Source: Octopus bimaculoides (lineage: Eukaryota). From it: a stretch of DNA of 64,000 nt. The notes beneath the pieces are model-generated. The model was not told the DNA's origin, did not search any database, and saw only the letters and a list, made by a program, of their open reading frames with translations. Position 1 is the first letter of the stretch; every line of letters begins with the position of its first letter. This document shows, in pieces, positions 38,435 through 51,580 of this stretch. Both the position numbers and the translations under genes were made by a program. The stretch is from the NCBI RefSeq assembly GCF_001194135.2, contig NC_069004.1:2289058-2353057 (forward strand), written 5' to 3'.

Positions 38435-39014
38435 ATGAATAGCCGCCTGACTGGTGGCATGTAATAAGCGCCATCCAAGCGTGATTGTTGCCAGTTCCGC
38501 CTGACTGGCTCACATGCTGGTGGCACATAAAAAAATGCAATGAAAACGAAAATTAACAATAACAGTGAGAGCGAGAAGCAAACAAGAAAGTTTCATCCAT
38601 CATATCTGGAAAACTCCTCCATCGCAACCACCACCATATCTCTCTCTATATATATATTGTTTTATTCTTTTACTTGTTTCAGTTATTTGACTAGGGCCAT
38701 GCTGGAGCACTGCCTTTAGTCGAACAAATCGGCCCCAGGACTTATTCTTTGTAAGCCTAGTACTTATTCTGTCGGCCAGTCCCTTTTGCTGAACCGCTAA
38801 GTTACGGGGGTGGGGGACGTAAACACACACCAGCATCGGTTGTCAAGAGACACAGACAAATAAATACATACATCCATCCATATATATATCAAATGTATAT
38901 CAAATATATTTATCAAATGGATGTGTTATAAAATTATTCCGCACAACATACAGGAAAAAGGAGAAGGAGAAAGTAGTTTCTGGGACGGGAAAGTAGGAAG
39001 ATGGTCAGTAAAGT

Positions 39015-39140
39015 GTAAAAATTTACCTGGAGGAGTTTTTTTGCAGAGAAGACAAGAAATTCTTTGAGCAAGGAATAATGGATCTGCTTACAAGATGGCA
39101 GAAGATACTGGAACAAAATATTAATTATATCATTGATTGA
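39015..39140 (+). pseudogene. mariner transposase C-terminal remnant
   Basis: Reads ...FFCREDKKFFEQGIMDLLTRWQKILEQNINYIID*, matching the conserved mariner C-terminal GI..L..RW..I.EQNG.Y pattern; frameshifted upstream. Confidence 0.7.
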
Positions 39141-39834
39141 ATTAAATTGGTTTGTACTTAAAACTTGTGGTTTATTGGAGTAAGTAGCAGACTTTGAAAT
39201 AAGTACTAAAGCTAAATTGTTTTACAAAACACTTCATGGCTGTGTTCCAGCATGACAGCAGTCCGGTGACTGAAAATAAATAAATATAACATGAGAAGAA
39301 AGTGAGAAAACGAAAGAAAAGAGAAGAAAAAGAAATATTACCTGAAGAATTGCAATGTGACCTTGTTTGGATGACAGGAATTTTCAGGTGGGAAAACTTA
39401 AATTGTTGATTCTTCAGGTAGGATATCCTACAAGATATTAAATTCCCAGGTATGTAGAGAGAGGTGAAAGGATCCACAGGAGAGCAGGACAGACATATAT
39501 CTCTGATGCATCACCACCAGAGCCATCAACACCACCATCTACCACCACCACACCACCACCACCACCCATTCCACCGCCGCCGCTGCCACCACCGTCACTA
39601 CCACTCACCAGATAGAGAAATAGACAGACAAACTTACAGACAGATGGATAGCTAGATAAATTGGTAGATAGACAGACAGACCGACAGATAGATAAATAGA
39701 TAGATTGACAAATAGACTGACAGATAGACTTACAAAACAGACAGATAGTTAGATAGATAGATAGATAGATTTGTGATCTGACAAGGCTAAAAATGAAGGA
39801 AAACCAAATGAATTGGAATTCAAATAAACAGTAG

Positions 39835-41270
39835 CTGGATGACATGACTCTGGCTGAGTCTGTTTTTAGGGAACTTCAGTAGGTTACTCCATCCTTAAAG
39901 CTTTTGGGGCTGAAAGTGAACCTGTCCAAGTCTGGGGCGATCAATGTGAGCCAAGGTGGGGCCAAATTTCAAGATCCTGTACTCAATATCCTGTCTGTCT
40001 TGGCAGGGGCTCACCTGACCCCTAAGGATGCTGTCTGTGTCCTTGACTTCCCAGTCCTCTTGAAAGCCATAACAGGGTGCCTGGAGGCAAAGCTTACAGA
40101 CTTGTCCAGGATGACTGAGAGACTACTCCTCATTGATGTGCACCCGACTCTTTTTCTCTCGAAGAATTGCTTTGCTCTGCCAAGAATCATTTTCTCACAG
40201 CGCAGTGCACCGTCCCACCCTCGCAGAAACCATCTTTGATGACTTTGATAACACCATCTAGCACTGTGCCAACATGATTTGCAATGTCAGCTGACGAGAG
40301 GCCTAACTGCTTATTAGATTTGGTGTCCTGGGTCTCTGGTCTGCAGTGGACCTGGCTCTGCTGGCCTATTGCTCCTCACTCCCCTTCAGTTGCACCCCTC
40401 CTTGGCAAGATACCCTATGGGATAGCTGAACCTGATGTGGCCTAGGTACTGGAGTCAGCCTTTGCTGATTGGACCACTGATGGGCTTGCTATCCCCCAGA
40501 ATATGGATGACCAATGCAACTGGGACGACATCTGATGTAAGTCCACCCTCAAGCAGTTAGAGGAATTCCTTGCTAAGCAACACCTTGCCTGCCTCCATTC
40601 CACCACGCAGCCACATAGTGGTGCATGGCTCAATTCAGTGCCCTTCTCGTCTACCAGTATCCTTCTAGATAATAAGTGCACCCATATTGGGGTCACCCAA
40701 CTCCTCAGCCTCTGCACAGTAGACAGATTTGGCCTGCTTTCTTTATCCTGCTGCCTAAGCAAGGGCTAATTCCCTGACATGCTACTCTGAATGATATAAT
40801 CAGAAGGGGCCTTGATGTGGTTAGCTTTCTGTCTCAACTTGAGCTTGCAGGTCCCAACCACAGTGATGGTAAGGGCCCTGATGGGATAACCCTCATCCCA
40901 TTCAAGGGAGGCAGATCCCTATTCTGGACATGATCTGCTGAGACACATTCTCCAGCTCCATCTGCCACAAACCCCAGTGATGTCACCCATAACATGGATG
41001 AGAGAAAGATGAATAAGTACAAGAGCCTGGCTGCTATCAATTTGTGCCAGTCGTTATTGAGATGTCAGGGGGTTCTAAGACCCCATACTACCAATTTTCT
41101 CCACAAAATAGGGACAGTGGCAGCCCTTCAGAGAAATGAGCCCACAAGGTAGAGTGGTTCCTGCAGCAAGTGTTGCCGGCCATTTTCTGTGTCAATATCC
41201 TCACGTTCACTACCACAGGACACAGCTGAGCACCCCACTTGTTCAGTGATGTGTAACACTTCGCCCCCCC
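39835..41270 (+). mobile_element. Decayed, 5'-truncated CRE-clade non-LTR retrotransposon (RT end plus restriction-like endonuclease)
   Basis: LDD and GLKVNLSKS (RT); NCFALPRII (thumb); HSGAWLNSVP; LSC...HATLNDIIRRGL (zinc knuckle region); DGKGPDGITLIPF (PD-(D/E)xK RLE). Many stops and frameshifts. Confidence 0.7.
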
Positions 41271-42376
41271 CTCCTCCATCTTCCAATGCTTTACTCCTCC
41301 ACTTTTCTCCTTTTTTTTCTTTCTTTCCTTTTTTTTTTATATCTTTCAATGGTGTTTACTAGGAAATAAAAAGAGAGAGAAAAGAAAAATAAATAAATAA
41401 ACTTGTGTAAAGGATCTGTAAAAAAAAAACTCATCCCACCACACCTTCTCTCTTGCCTAGTCACACAATACCACCACCATCGCCACCATCACCATTCCAA
41501 CCCACTGACAACAAAATATGTGTACCACACCTCACATATATCCTGGACACTCCTTGACAAACAAATGCTGCAGCAGTGGTGGCAGGTGTGGTGGTGTGAA
41601 GGTAGTAGAGGCGACAGCAGCAGCAGCAGTAATTGTAGTAGTAGTTGTAGTAGTAGTAGTAGTAGTAGTAACTTCTTGATCTCTCTTTGAAGGGAGAATC
41701 TAAGGAAATTCAAAAGTAGTTGGGAAAAAAACAAATACAAGAATAAAGCAAAAACGAAAAAGAAAAATGGAAAGGAATAATAACAACAACAATAACAGCC
41801 TGATTAAGGAAACAACTGCCAAGCAGTAAGTTCGACCTGTTAGAAACAGTAGTGAAATCTTCAAAGCGGATTCTACCATCTTCACTGGCATTCCGTCCTG
41901 AACAACGATGAGGGTTCCAGTTATCTGGATCAACCGAACAGTCTGTTTGTAATATTAACGTACAGGTGGCTGAGTACTCCACAGACATGCATACATTAAC
42001 GTAGTTCTCAGGGAGATTCAGCATGACACAGAATGCGACGAGGCTGGTTCTCCCCCCTTTGAATTACAGGTACGTCTCATTTTTGCCCGCTGAGTGAACT
42101 GGAGCAACGTGAAATAAAGTGTCTTGCTCAAGGGAACTGAATGCCGCCGGGATTCTGAGCTGAATACCTCAACCTGCAAAGCCATGCGTTTTTAGCTTTT
42201 TAATAAGTGAAATAGAAAGAGAAACGTGTAGAGATGTTTACTAAATCCAAACCACCACAGCTACAACTAATAACTGCTATTACAGCTGATATTGACAGGA
42301 GAGTAAGGAGCATTTCTTACATGACACCTCAGTTTAGGAGACGACTTACCATAAGGGATATTCAAAAAACAAAACG

Positions 42377-45300
42377 ATGAGCTGTTGTGATGTCCATTAT
42401 GCTTTTAAAAGAATAAAATGTAATAATATAAATAATAGTAACAATAATGATGACGATGATGATGATGACGATGATAATAATAATAATGGTAAAAATGACA
42501 ACAGCAGCAGCAGTACTAACAAGATCTGGACCCTGAAACCCCATGGCTGGACACTGGTGGTTTCTCTCGTTCTGCTTTTAATGGCACAGCTAGGATCAGC
42601 AGGAACTTGTGACAATCATCATAAACGATTTTCTCCGTACCCTTGCAGGCAAATTGTAAGTAGATGAGTAAACAATTAGCTGTATATGCATGAGTGTATA
42701 TAAATGTGTGGGAGTGTATATAAACATGTGTGTGTCTATGTATGTGTGTGTACACGTGTATGTGTTTGTGTGTGTGTATATATACACACTGTGTTGAGTT
42801 TATATAGGAATGTTCTATAAATAATACACTTAATATATACAAACACACACACACAAATACATATGTACATACACATACACACGCATACCAAAACAATCCG
42901 AAACCGGTCCCTGTTTAAGAATGCTTTTTTAGGTGATTTTAAATGTCTTGCCCGCTCACGTTTTTGGTATGCTGCTATATTTCATGTTGAGAACAATTTA
43001 GGTCTTAATAGACACAAGATGTGATCTATTTCTAGCGCATTAATTGTCCACGTTAGTGGTCGACGTTATTTTTTTAAAATGTACCTTAATCCCCTGAGAT
43101 TGCAGATAATATTTCTGAATCTCTTTGATTCTTTAGATGTGCTGGCCTCCTGATAATTAATCGATATTAATTAATATATGAATAATTACCAGATTTTATN
43201 NNNNNNNNNNNNNNNNNNNNNNNNNNNNNNNNNNNNNNNNNNNNNNNNNNNNNNNNNNNNNNNNNNNNNNNNNNNNNNNNNNNNNNNNNNNNNNNNNNNN
43301 NNNNNNNNNNNNNNNNNNNNNNNNNNNNNNNNNNNNNNNNNNNNNNNNNNNNNNNNNNNNNNNNNNNNNNNNNNNNNNNNNNNNNNNNNNNNNNNNNNNN
43401 NNNNNNNNNNNNNNNNNNNNNNNNNNNNNNNNNNNNNNNNNNNNNNNNNNNNNNNNNNNNNNNNNNNNNNNNNNNNNNNNNNNNNNNNNNNNNNNNNNNN
43501 NNNNNNNNNNNNNNNNNNNNNNNNNNNNNNNNNNNNNNNNNNNNNNNNNNNNNNNNNNNNNNNNNNNNNNNNNNNNNNNNNNNNNNNNNNNNNNNNNNNN
43601 NNNNNNNNNNNNNNNNNNNNNNNNNNNNNNNNNNNNNNNNNNNNNNNNNNNNNNNNNNNNNNNNNNNNNNNNNNNNNNNNNNNNNNNNNNNNNNNNNNNN
43701 NNNNNNNNNNNNNNNNNNNNNNNNNNNNNNNATATATATATATATATATACACGTATGTGTGTATATGTTTTTGTGTACCTAATCGTTTAGATCACCTGT
43801 GTTTGTCCCCTCCCCCGTTGACCAATGCTGGTGTGTTTACGTCTCCGTATCATCGATCAGTTCAGAATAATCAAGCTGAGTGCTAAGTTCGTGTTCAATA
43901 GATTTCATAGCCAATCCACAAAGACTGGTTCACGTTCGTGGTACAATGTAGTATTTTTACAAGAACTTTTTCAGGTGCAACGTATTATCGTTTTATTTCT
44001 TGAAATTCTCCGTTAACATAGATAGTTTATTTCTCTTTCAGCATCTTAACCAAAGTAAATAGATGACTCATCTACGTACTTGGATCTTAACATAGGGCCC
44101 CCTCAACCATGGAGGCCCCGTACAACCACAGGGGTTGCAGGGGTAGCAATGGCCCAGCTTTCACTTTATGTGCATTTGCACTGTCTGTTTTAACATTAAC
44201 GAAAACATCTTCCTGTTTTGTTTTTTTTTACTTTCGTTCATACACACTTTCCTTTATCACGCGCACACACACACAAAACAGCAAATTTGTTCATTGTTTT
44301 CTTCTTTTCCATTTTTCACAGAAACGCACCAAAGAAGACCTGACATTCGACTGCACCGTTTGCATCAGACCTTGTATGTTGATTCTTTTTCATTATTCAA
44401 TACAACTTTGCTTCTCTCTTTCTCTTCCACTCTCTGTATATATATATATATATATATATNNNNNNNNNNNNNNNNNNNNNNNNNNNNNNNNNNNNNNNNN
44501 NNNNNNNNNNNNNNNNNNNNNNNNNNNNNNNNNNNNNNNNNNNNNNNNNNNNNNNNNNNNNNNNNNNNNNNNNNNNNNNNNNNNNNNNNNNNNNNNNNNN
44601 NNNNNNNNNNNNNNNNNNNNNNNNNNNNNNNNNNNNNNNNNNNNNNNNNNNNNNNNNNNNNNNNNNNNNNNNNNCTTTTACTTGTTTCAGTCATTTGACT
44701 GCGGCCATGCTGGAGCACCGCCTTTAGTCGAGCAAATCGACCCCAGGACTTATTCTTTGTAAGCCTAGTACTTATTCTATCAGTCTCTTTTGCCCAACCT
44801 CTAAGTTACAGAGGCGTAAACACACCAGCATCGGTTATCAAGCGATGTTGGGGGAACAAACACACACACACACACACACACACGTATATATACATATATA
44901 CGACGGGCTTCTTTCAGTTTCTGTCTACAAATCCACGATAGAATGGGCACCAGGCAAATGGCTGAAACAAGTAAAAGAATAAAAGAATGTATGTGTGTGT
45001 GCATGCGTGTGTGCATATGCATGTATGCATATATACATTTACAAATATACATATCTACACTTCTCTCTCAACTTTACATTCCAGACTGTAACAATTCTAA
45101 AAAACAGAAGAAACTCCAAGAATTTCCAGAATCCAACCTTAAACTCGAAGGCATCAATATTTATGATTATGAATTTAATCCTGAAATCTATGACAGTGAC
45201 TTAATTCCAACTCTCAACTTAACCATTTCTCTGCCAAAAGGAGGTCTGTATATTCTTTCTTCACTTGTTCTTTTGTATTCTTTTATTCTTTTACTTGTTT

Positions 45301-46434
45301 TGGCCAATTGCCTGTAGCCATGCTGGAGCTCTGCCTTTTAGTCTAACAAATCGACCCCCAGGACTTATTCTTGGTAATCTAGTACTAATTCTATCGGTCT
45401 CTTTTGCCGAACCACTATGTGCACTAATATACGTAATATTAGTCTTACTTTTCCATTGTCCATCCATGACTTACAATCTACCCTGAAGATTTATATCAGA
45501 GGAACTGGAAGCAAGAGTTGATGCCAGAGATGCCATGGCAGTGGCGGCATTATCATAAATAACATTTATTTATATACTTCCAGATATATTCATATTCACT
45601 CGACATTTTGGCACAGGGCCAGCAATCTTGGGGGAAGTGGGCAAGTTGATTGCAGTAACCCCCCTCCAACTCAAATGGCACTTATTATATTGACCCCCCC
45701 CCAAAAAAAAGACGACAAACAACGTTGACCTCAGTGAAATATGAATGTTGAATTTAATGACAGACAAAATGCCACTGTGCATTTTGTTGAGCATGTTAAC
45801 CCTTTAGTGTTTAAACCGGCCATATCGGGCCCAATATATTCTACATGTTTTTATATTCAAACTGGTGATATCTAGCCTCTCACACCTGACCTACATTGAC
45901 ATTCTGAAAATAAACAATCACATCATTGAAACCTCAAAGCTATAAGATAATGCATGATTAATTCAAAACAATTTGAGTGAAAAAGTATTACATTTAACAG
46001 AGTAATCTGAACACTAAAGGGTTAATCATTCTGCAAGCCTGTGGCCTTGTCACTTCACTAAAATATTGGTATTTACCCTTACAGAAGCATTACTGCATAC
46101 GAACGGTGTCCGTCTCGATATATGGAGCTTTGCCAATGGTTCACATTACAATTATCCAGGAATTTGCCGTTATTTACGATTTTCAAATGTTCAATTTAAG
46201 CCTGACAGTAAGCTGGTATGTTTCTTTCATTAAATTGTAGTGCCTTTTTTTTGTTTGTTTGTTATTATTGTTTTGTTTTGTTTTCTGGTGACCAATTATG
46301 GTTGTCACAACTCCTCAATAGAACCCCAATCTCCTAATACCACGAAGACTGCCTTGGTGCAATAGGTGAGCTCTTGGGAGAGGCTCTATCCCTTAGAGAA
46401 ACAGGGCAAAAGATATGCAGTGATATATATACAT

Positions 46435-46477
<43 letters not shown>

Positions 46478-49400
46478 NNNNNNNNNNNNNNNNNNNNNNN
46501 NNNNNNNNNNNNNNNNNNNNNNNNNNNNNNNNNNNNNNNNNNNNNNNNNNNNNNNNNNNNNNNNNNNNNNNNNNNNNNNNNNNNNNNNNNNNNNNNNNNN
46601 NNNNNNNNNNNNNNNNNNNNNNNNNNNNNNNNNNNNNNNNNNNNNNNNNNNNNNNNNNNNNNNNNNNNNNNNNNNNNNNNNNNNNNNNNNNNNNNNNNNN
46701 NNNNNNNNNNNNNNNNNNNNNNNNNNNNNNNNNNNNNNNNNNNNNNNNNNNNNNNNNNNNNNNNNNNNNNNNNNNNNNNNNNNNNNNNNNNNNNNNNNNN
46801 NNNNNNNNNNNNNNNNNNNNNNNNNNNNNNNNNNNNNNNNNNNNNNNNNNNNNNNNNNNNNNNNNNNNNNNNNNNNNNNNNNNNNNNNNNNNNNNNNNNN
46901 NNNNNNNNNNNNNNNNNNNNNNNNNNNNNNNNNNNNNNNNNNNNNNNNNNNNNNNNNNNNNNNNNNNNNNNNNNNNNNNNNNNNNNNNNNNNNNNNNNNN
47001 NNNNNNNNNNNNNNNNNNNNNNNNNNNNNNNNNNNNNNNNNNNNNNNNNNNNNNNNNNNNNNNNNNNNNNNNNNNNNNNNNNNNNNNNNNNNNNNNNNNN
47101 NNNNNNNNNNNNNNNNNNNNNNNNNNNNNNNNNNNNNNNNNNNNNNNNNNNNNNNNNNNNNNNNNNNNNNNNNNNNNNNNNNNNNNNNNNNNNNNNNNNN
47201 NNNNNNNCAATGAGGGCAAGAACTATGTGAACTGTGAGGGGCAGTTGACAGTGTTGATCCACCATATTAGTTAGTGTGATGTGTGTTGGTTTATCATTGT
47301 ACTGACATTCGAGCAGGATGGAGTGTGTTCTGTGTGAACATAATAATTCTGCGATAGGTTATCACAGATAACCGCATTCAAATATTTATTTGGATAATAC
47401 TATTTTACACCTGACGTTAAGTTCTTTAATGAGTCCAAATTGGTAAGCTTGAACTGTTTCAGAAATTCTTTTGAAGTTGGACTGATTCCAAGTATTGCAT
47501 GGATTGTTCCCAAAGGAAATATGGCAGCAGTAGCCAGGATTGTCTTTTCATCTGTGTGGAAGTAAGAACAGAGAGCTTTAATAAATGGTTTATGCATATC
47601 TTTGCATGTTTTTTTTTAATTTTATTTTATTTTTCATTTTCTTCGTCAGTTTTGGTTTTTAGGTGGTTTTTAAAATCTCTGTGCTGTGTAAAGTCAGATA
47701 AACCAAATAAAATTAAGATTTATTTTTACAAGAAACAGCATCAAGTCAAAAAAGATTTAGCTCTAAAAAAAAAAACAATGTAAGTTGTGATTTGTCTATC
47801 AATAATTTGTTTGTTTTTTCGTGCAGGCATTGCTGAATCACAATTGCTTCTGGATATCGAAGAATAAAGTAAATATAACATACTTCATAAAAATATCTCT
47901 CTACCCAAGCACTCAGGAAATTGTCTATGATGCAAAGATTATAGGTAAGCCAGATGAGGTTTCAAATCCTTTTGTATTCATACTAGCTATATGAACTGTT
48001 TTGTTTTTAACCCTTTAACATTTAAATCAGCCATATCGGGTCCAAATATTCTTACCTGGTTTATGTTCAAACTGGCCTGATCTGGCCTCTCACACCTACC
48101 CTACAATGTCATTCTAAATATAAACAATCACACCATCGAAATTGCAAAGCTATGAGATAATCCATGATTAATTCAAAACAATGTGAATGCACACACACAC
48201 ACACACACATAATATACAACTCTCTGTTCTTACTTCCACACAGATGAAAAGACAATCCTGGCTACTGCTGCCATATTTCCTTTGGGAACAATCCATGCAA
48301 TACTTGGAATCAGTCCAACTTCAAAAGAATTTCTGAAACAGTTCAAGCTTACCAATTTGGACTCATTAAAGAACTTAACCATATACACAGTATGTCGTTT
48401 TAATTCACTTTATTTGAATAAATCTTTTTATCATTTATCTCTGACTTGCTGAAACCACATGACTAAATTATATCAGCTCCCGACTTACCACTAAATCCAT
48501 ATTTTAAATGTAAGTGCTAAAAGCTTTCCCTGACTCACACACACACACTCACAGGCTACGCTCTTACTACTTGTCAGCTCTCATTAGTTAAAAAATATTT
48601 TTGTATAAAAATTGTCATCTGATATTTTCCCTTTTACCAGCTTTCATACTATAAATTAGATAACACACTCACTAGATTGGTGACCTCTATAAACGGACAC
48701 CACACCACAACCTTATCCACCTGAGCCAGATATAATGTCGTTCAGCACTGAAAGAAATCACAAATTGCTGTTTGGATATGTTCCTTCTACAGATATTCCC
48801 TCTCCATGATGCTTTTTTTTTTGTGTGTGTGTGTATGGATTATGCATGGATTATTTAACAGTATGGATTATAAATTTCTTTATCTTTCTCTTTGTAGACA
48901 CAGAACTCAGTCTTATTCAGTAATCTTGATTCTGGAAAATATCAAATAACTGTAAGTTATCAATCAATCAATCTCTCTCTCTCTCTCTCTTCGGTTCTAC
49001 CATCATCTAACCAGTCTGTAGAGGCTCCAAATGTAAAAGCATGATGGTTTACATATATGGTAAATGATATAAACTTGCGTTTGTCGTAATTTCTTATATA
49101 TAGATGTAGGCATGGCTGTGTGGTAAGAAGCTTGGTTTCCAACCACGTGGTTCCGGGTTCAGTCCCACTGTGTGGCATCTTGATCAAGTATCTTCTACTA
49201 TAACCTCAAGGCGGCCAAAGCCTTGTGAGTAGATATGATAGACGGAAACTGGAAGAAGTCCATCCTATATTTGTGTGTGTGTGTGTGCATGTGCCTTTGT
49301 GTTTGTGAGTCTTTGTGTCATCTCTGTGTTTGTCCCCTACCACCACATGGCAACCTGTGTATGTATTTAATTGTATAATTCATCAATATAAACGTGTTCT

Positions 49401-50704
49401 TTTCAGATCCATTCGAGTCAGATTAATTCCAAAGATGGTCTTCTTTCTGCTATTATTTACATCAAAAGACCCCCTGAAAGTGAGTATGCATTTCATTTCC
49501 TTTCATAGCTTTTCCATTCAATCATATATTTTGTGACTGCTGCCGTTTTTTGCCGCCCTTCCTTTTTATCACCTTTTGGCCAATCTAAAGATTACAATCA
49601 CTGTTAAACAACTTATGTCAGCAAGCTGATAACTAAAATCTTCATGGCATTGTTTATTTTTTCCACTGTGCTCGAAGAACCAAACCAATTTCCCTTGATG
49701 CTTTGCAGACTCACCAACAGTAACAGCAATGCTGTATCAACTCCTTTGCAGGAGTAACAAAATTGCAGGAGTAAAACTCCTTAGAAGGAAAACATGCGTA
49801 CCTGAGTGAGGCAGAAAAACTCCTCAATAGAGGGGATAGGAAGACCAAGCTTGCTATCCCTTCAGATTTGATGGAGAAGACAGCCAGAAGGACCATCGTA
49901 TAATTTCCAGATGTCCTTGGCCTGGTAGTGCTACTGGAGGGTGCTACCGATTCAAGATAAACTCTACAGGGACAGATGTGCTTCTTCAAAGTGTGTGTAG
50001 AGTGACGAAACCATCCTGCATGTCCCCGTTCAGTGTCCGGGCATTACTGACTTGTGGGGTTATGTTGAACAGCTGCTGTCACATGTGAGACGAATCCATC
50101 TGCCAGTTGAGTCTGTAGTGACGATTGCACAGCCATCCTTCTTCAGTTGAGTAGGTAAGGCAGTTTTCCTTTTCCTGGTGGCTGTGGTGAAAGAGGTTGT
50201 TTGGTGGACAAGGCTGAAAGGCGTGAGGAGAGATACATTCCTCTTCAGTAGAACTCGCATTGACTTCTTCAAGTGTCACTCGAAAAGGAAACTGAGAGTG
50301 GAGAGTGAAGTGCTGTCCTTGAGTGAGTTTATTGAAAGGTGAATGAAGGTTGCGAAAATGGCAAGAGTGGATGGTACCTCTCTAAGTGTAGACCTGTGAG
50401 TCAGAGAGAAGGAATTGGAGAGGGCACTTGCTCCTGGGGTTTCAGGGAAATCTCGGACAGTAGGTTTCCTCGATTATCCCTAGAGGCCTTCCTGTATCAG
50501 GAGAGCCACATCTCTGTCATCCTTTCCGCCACTTTTTTTTTAAACCTTTGCATGCTATGAATGTCCCTTCTTTTCCAGTGTATACCCTATATACTTGCTT
50601 TCTTTCTTTCTTTCTTTTTATCATTTCATTATATGTAAACCCCCACATTTCATGTCTGTCTTTGTAGTGTCCCCCTCATCCCTCACCCTTGTGGCAAATA
50701 AATG

Positions 50705-50735
<31 letters not shown>

Positions 50736-51288
50736 TATTATTATTATTATTAATTTAATCTACAGAATTCCCTTCTCTAATTATCCTGCTGTCACTGCTG
50801 CTACTGATAACAATTACATTGCTTGTAATCTGTCTTCTCTCAAGAAAACATATTAAATCCATGCTTGTAGGTAAGTGGTTTATAGTTTTATATCTTAAAT
50901 CCATTTTCAGGGAGAGTAATCACCATGGCCCATGGTAATAATGTGACCACTGACTGGCTGGAGAGAACTGTTCTGTGTCCGTAGAAGGTTAGCTGTGATA
51001 TGTCATGCATGAGTGTCCACAATCGTTTCTTGCTTGAAGTGGTCAGTCTGAATGCTCAGGGTGGCCTGATCTTAGCGATCTGTGTTCTGCAGGTGTCCAA
51101 GGCAGCTTATGAAATCGAACCAAATTCGATGACTGGCACCCGTGCCAGTGGAGCTCTAACATCATCCGAGCGTGATCATTGGATATGACCTTATTTTGTT
51201 CATTTTAAAACAAAACTGTCCGACAAACAGGAGCATGAAACTCTGAGTAACAGTTTTGTGATATTTTTGCTGCTTTTTAATAAAGTAT

Positions 51289-51323
<35 letters not shown>

Positions 51324-51532
51324 TTTGCCTGGTCATTTTTGGTGGTCGTCTCACATCCTCTCCTCTCATTCAGAACCCCTACAACAAAATATAATGATTA
51401 GGTATGGAAATGATTCCAACTAGGCCAATGTTTCATCTGTAAAAAATGCAACGTGAAACATCCACTTATTAAGTTGGCAATTAGTAGAAATTTACAACAG
51501 TTTACAAAAGTGGCCAAAGACTTTTGCACAGT

Positions 51533-51580
<48 letters not shown>

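Noticed and set aside
39172-39270. Possible short minus-strand exon VTGLLSCWNTAMKCF
   Set aside because: The sequence is a diverged SINE family-A tail (cagtca..gactg..gccatgctgga.cac).
41710-42024. Minus-strand ORF with a Cys-containing, exon-like segment (DCSVDPDNWNPHRCSG...)
   Set aside because: It lies within an interspersed repeat contiguous with the family-C core, and the donor site is poor.
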